Below, piece by piece: positions 63,598-64,000 of a DNA stretch of 64,000 bases. Within the stretch, counting starts at the first letter, position 1; the number at the start of each line of letters is the position of its first letter. Origin of the DNA: Podarcis erhardii (taxonomy: Eukaryota); the NCBI GenBank assembly GCA_964252035.1, contig OZ176203.1; one strand, 5' to 3'. The notes under the pieces were generated by a model. The model saw only the letters and a list, made by a program, of their open reading frames with translations, had not been told where the DNA came from and ran no database searches. The position numbers were made by a program, and so were the translations under genes.

Positions 63598-63743
63598 CAG
63601 AATCATAGAATTGTAGAGTTGGAAGGGACCACAAGGGTCATCTAGTCCAGCCCCTGCAATGCAGGAATATTTTGCCCCCTGTGGGACTCGAACCCATGAC
63701 CCTGAAATTAAGAGTTCCATGCTCCATCGACTGAGTTGGTAGG
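63598..63743 (-). mobile_element. SINE with tRNA-Lys(CTT)-derived head and CR1 3' tail
   Basis: Reverse complement head AACTCAGTCGATGGAGCATGGAACTCTTAATTTCAGGGTCATGGGTTCGAGTCCCAC. Tail attcctgcattgcaggggctggactagatgaccc..ttctatgattctg. Confidence 0.85.
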
Positions 63744-64000
63744 AAGTGAATATCTCCACGCCAACGGGACCTACTGCATACAAGATACATGTTGCCTTGC
63801 TGGCCTATGGCCTCTTCTCCAAATCAAATACTGCTGTAATGTTTCCAATGGGTGTGACTTAAAACATCCACATCACCATGTGCACCTGAAGCATATAGGG
63901 TGCAGGAAAAACAGTGACCAAGCCTTCCAGTGTGCGGGACAGAAATCTGAAGCAGGCACAATGTCAGTGGCTTGGGTAGTAAGGATGCACTTCTCTGACC

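Noticed and set aside
63674-63743. tRNA-Lys gene
   Set aside because: The acceptor stem is degenerate and it is fused to a CR1 tail, so it is a SINE head.

Overview
This is non-coding vertebrate DNA from a squamate reptile. Two Sauria SINEs and squamate-type CR1 and L2 elements support this; an agamid or iguanian lizard is my inference. I cannot recognise any host protein-coding exon, so the window looks like a large intron or gene desert. It contains many transposable elements: CR1 and L2 LINE fragments, Sauria and tRNA-derived SINEs, solo LTRs, and hAT, Tigger/pogo and Tc2-like MITEs. It also holds a Tc1 fragment, an internally deleted Chapaev3 element with an open 328-codon transposase core, and three separate Penelope-like (PLE) traces. 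The most notable items are four. First, a perfect 121-bp palindrome of a PLE terminus carrying a minimal hammerhead ribozyme motif on each strand, inserted in (TA)n. Second, the Chapaev3 element. Third, two SINEs with different tRNA heads (Asn and Lys) on the same CR1 tail. Fourth, a roughly 50-bp insertion apparently copied from 4 kb upstream. Several motif-dense stretches look like candidate enhancers. All family names come from motif recognition, not database searches, and boundaries of decayed elements are approximate.
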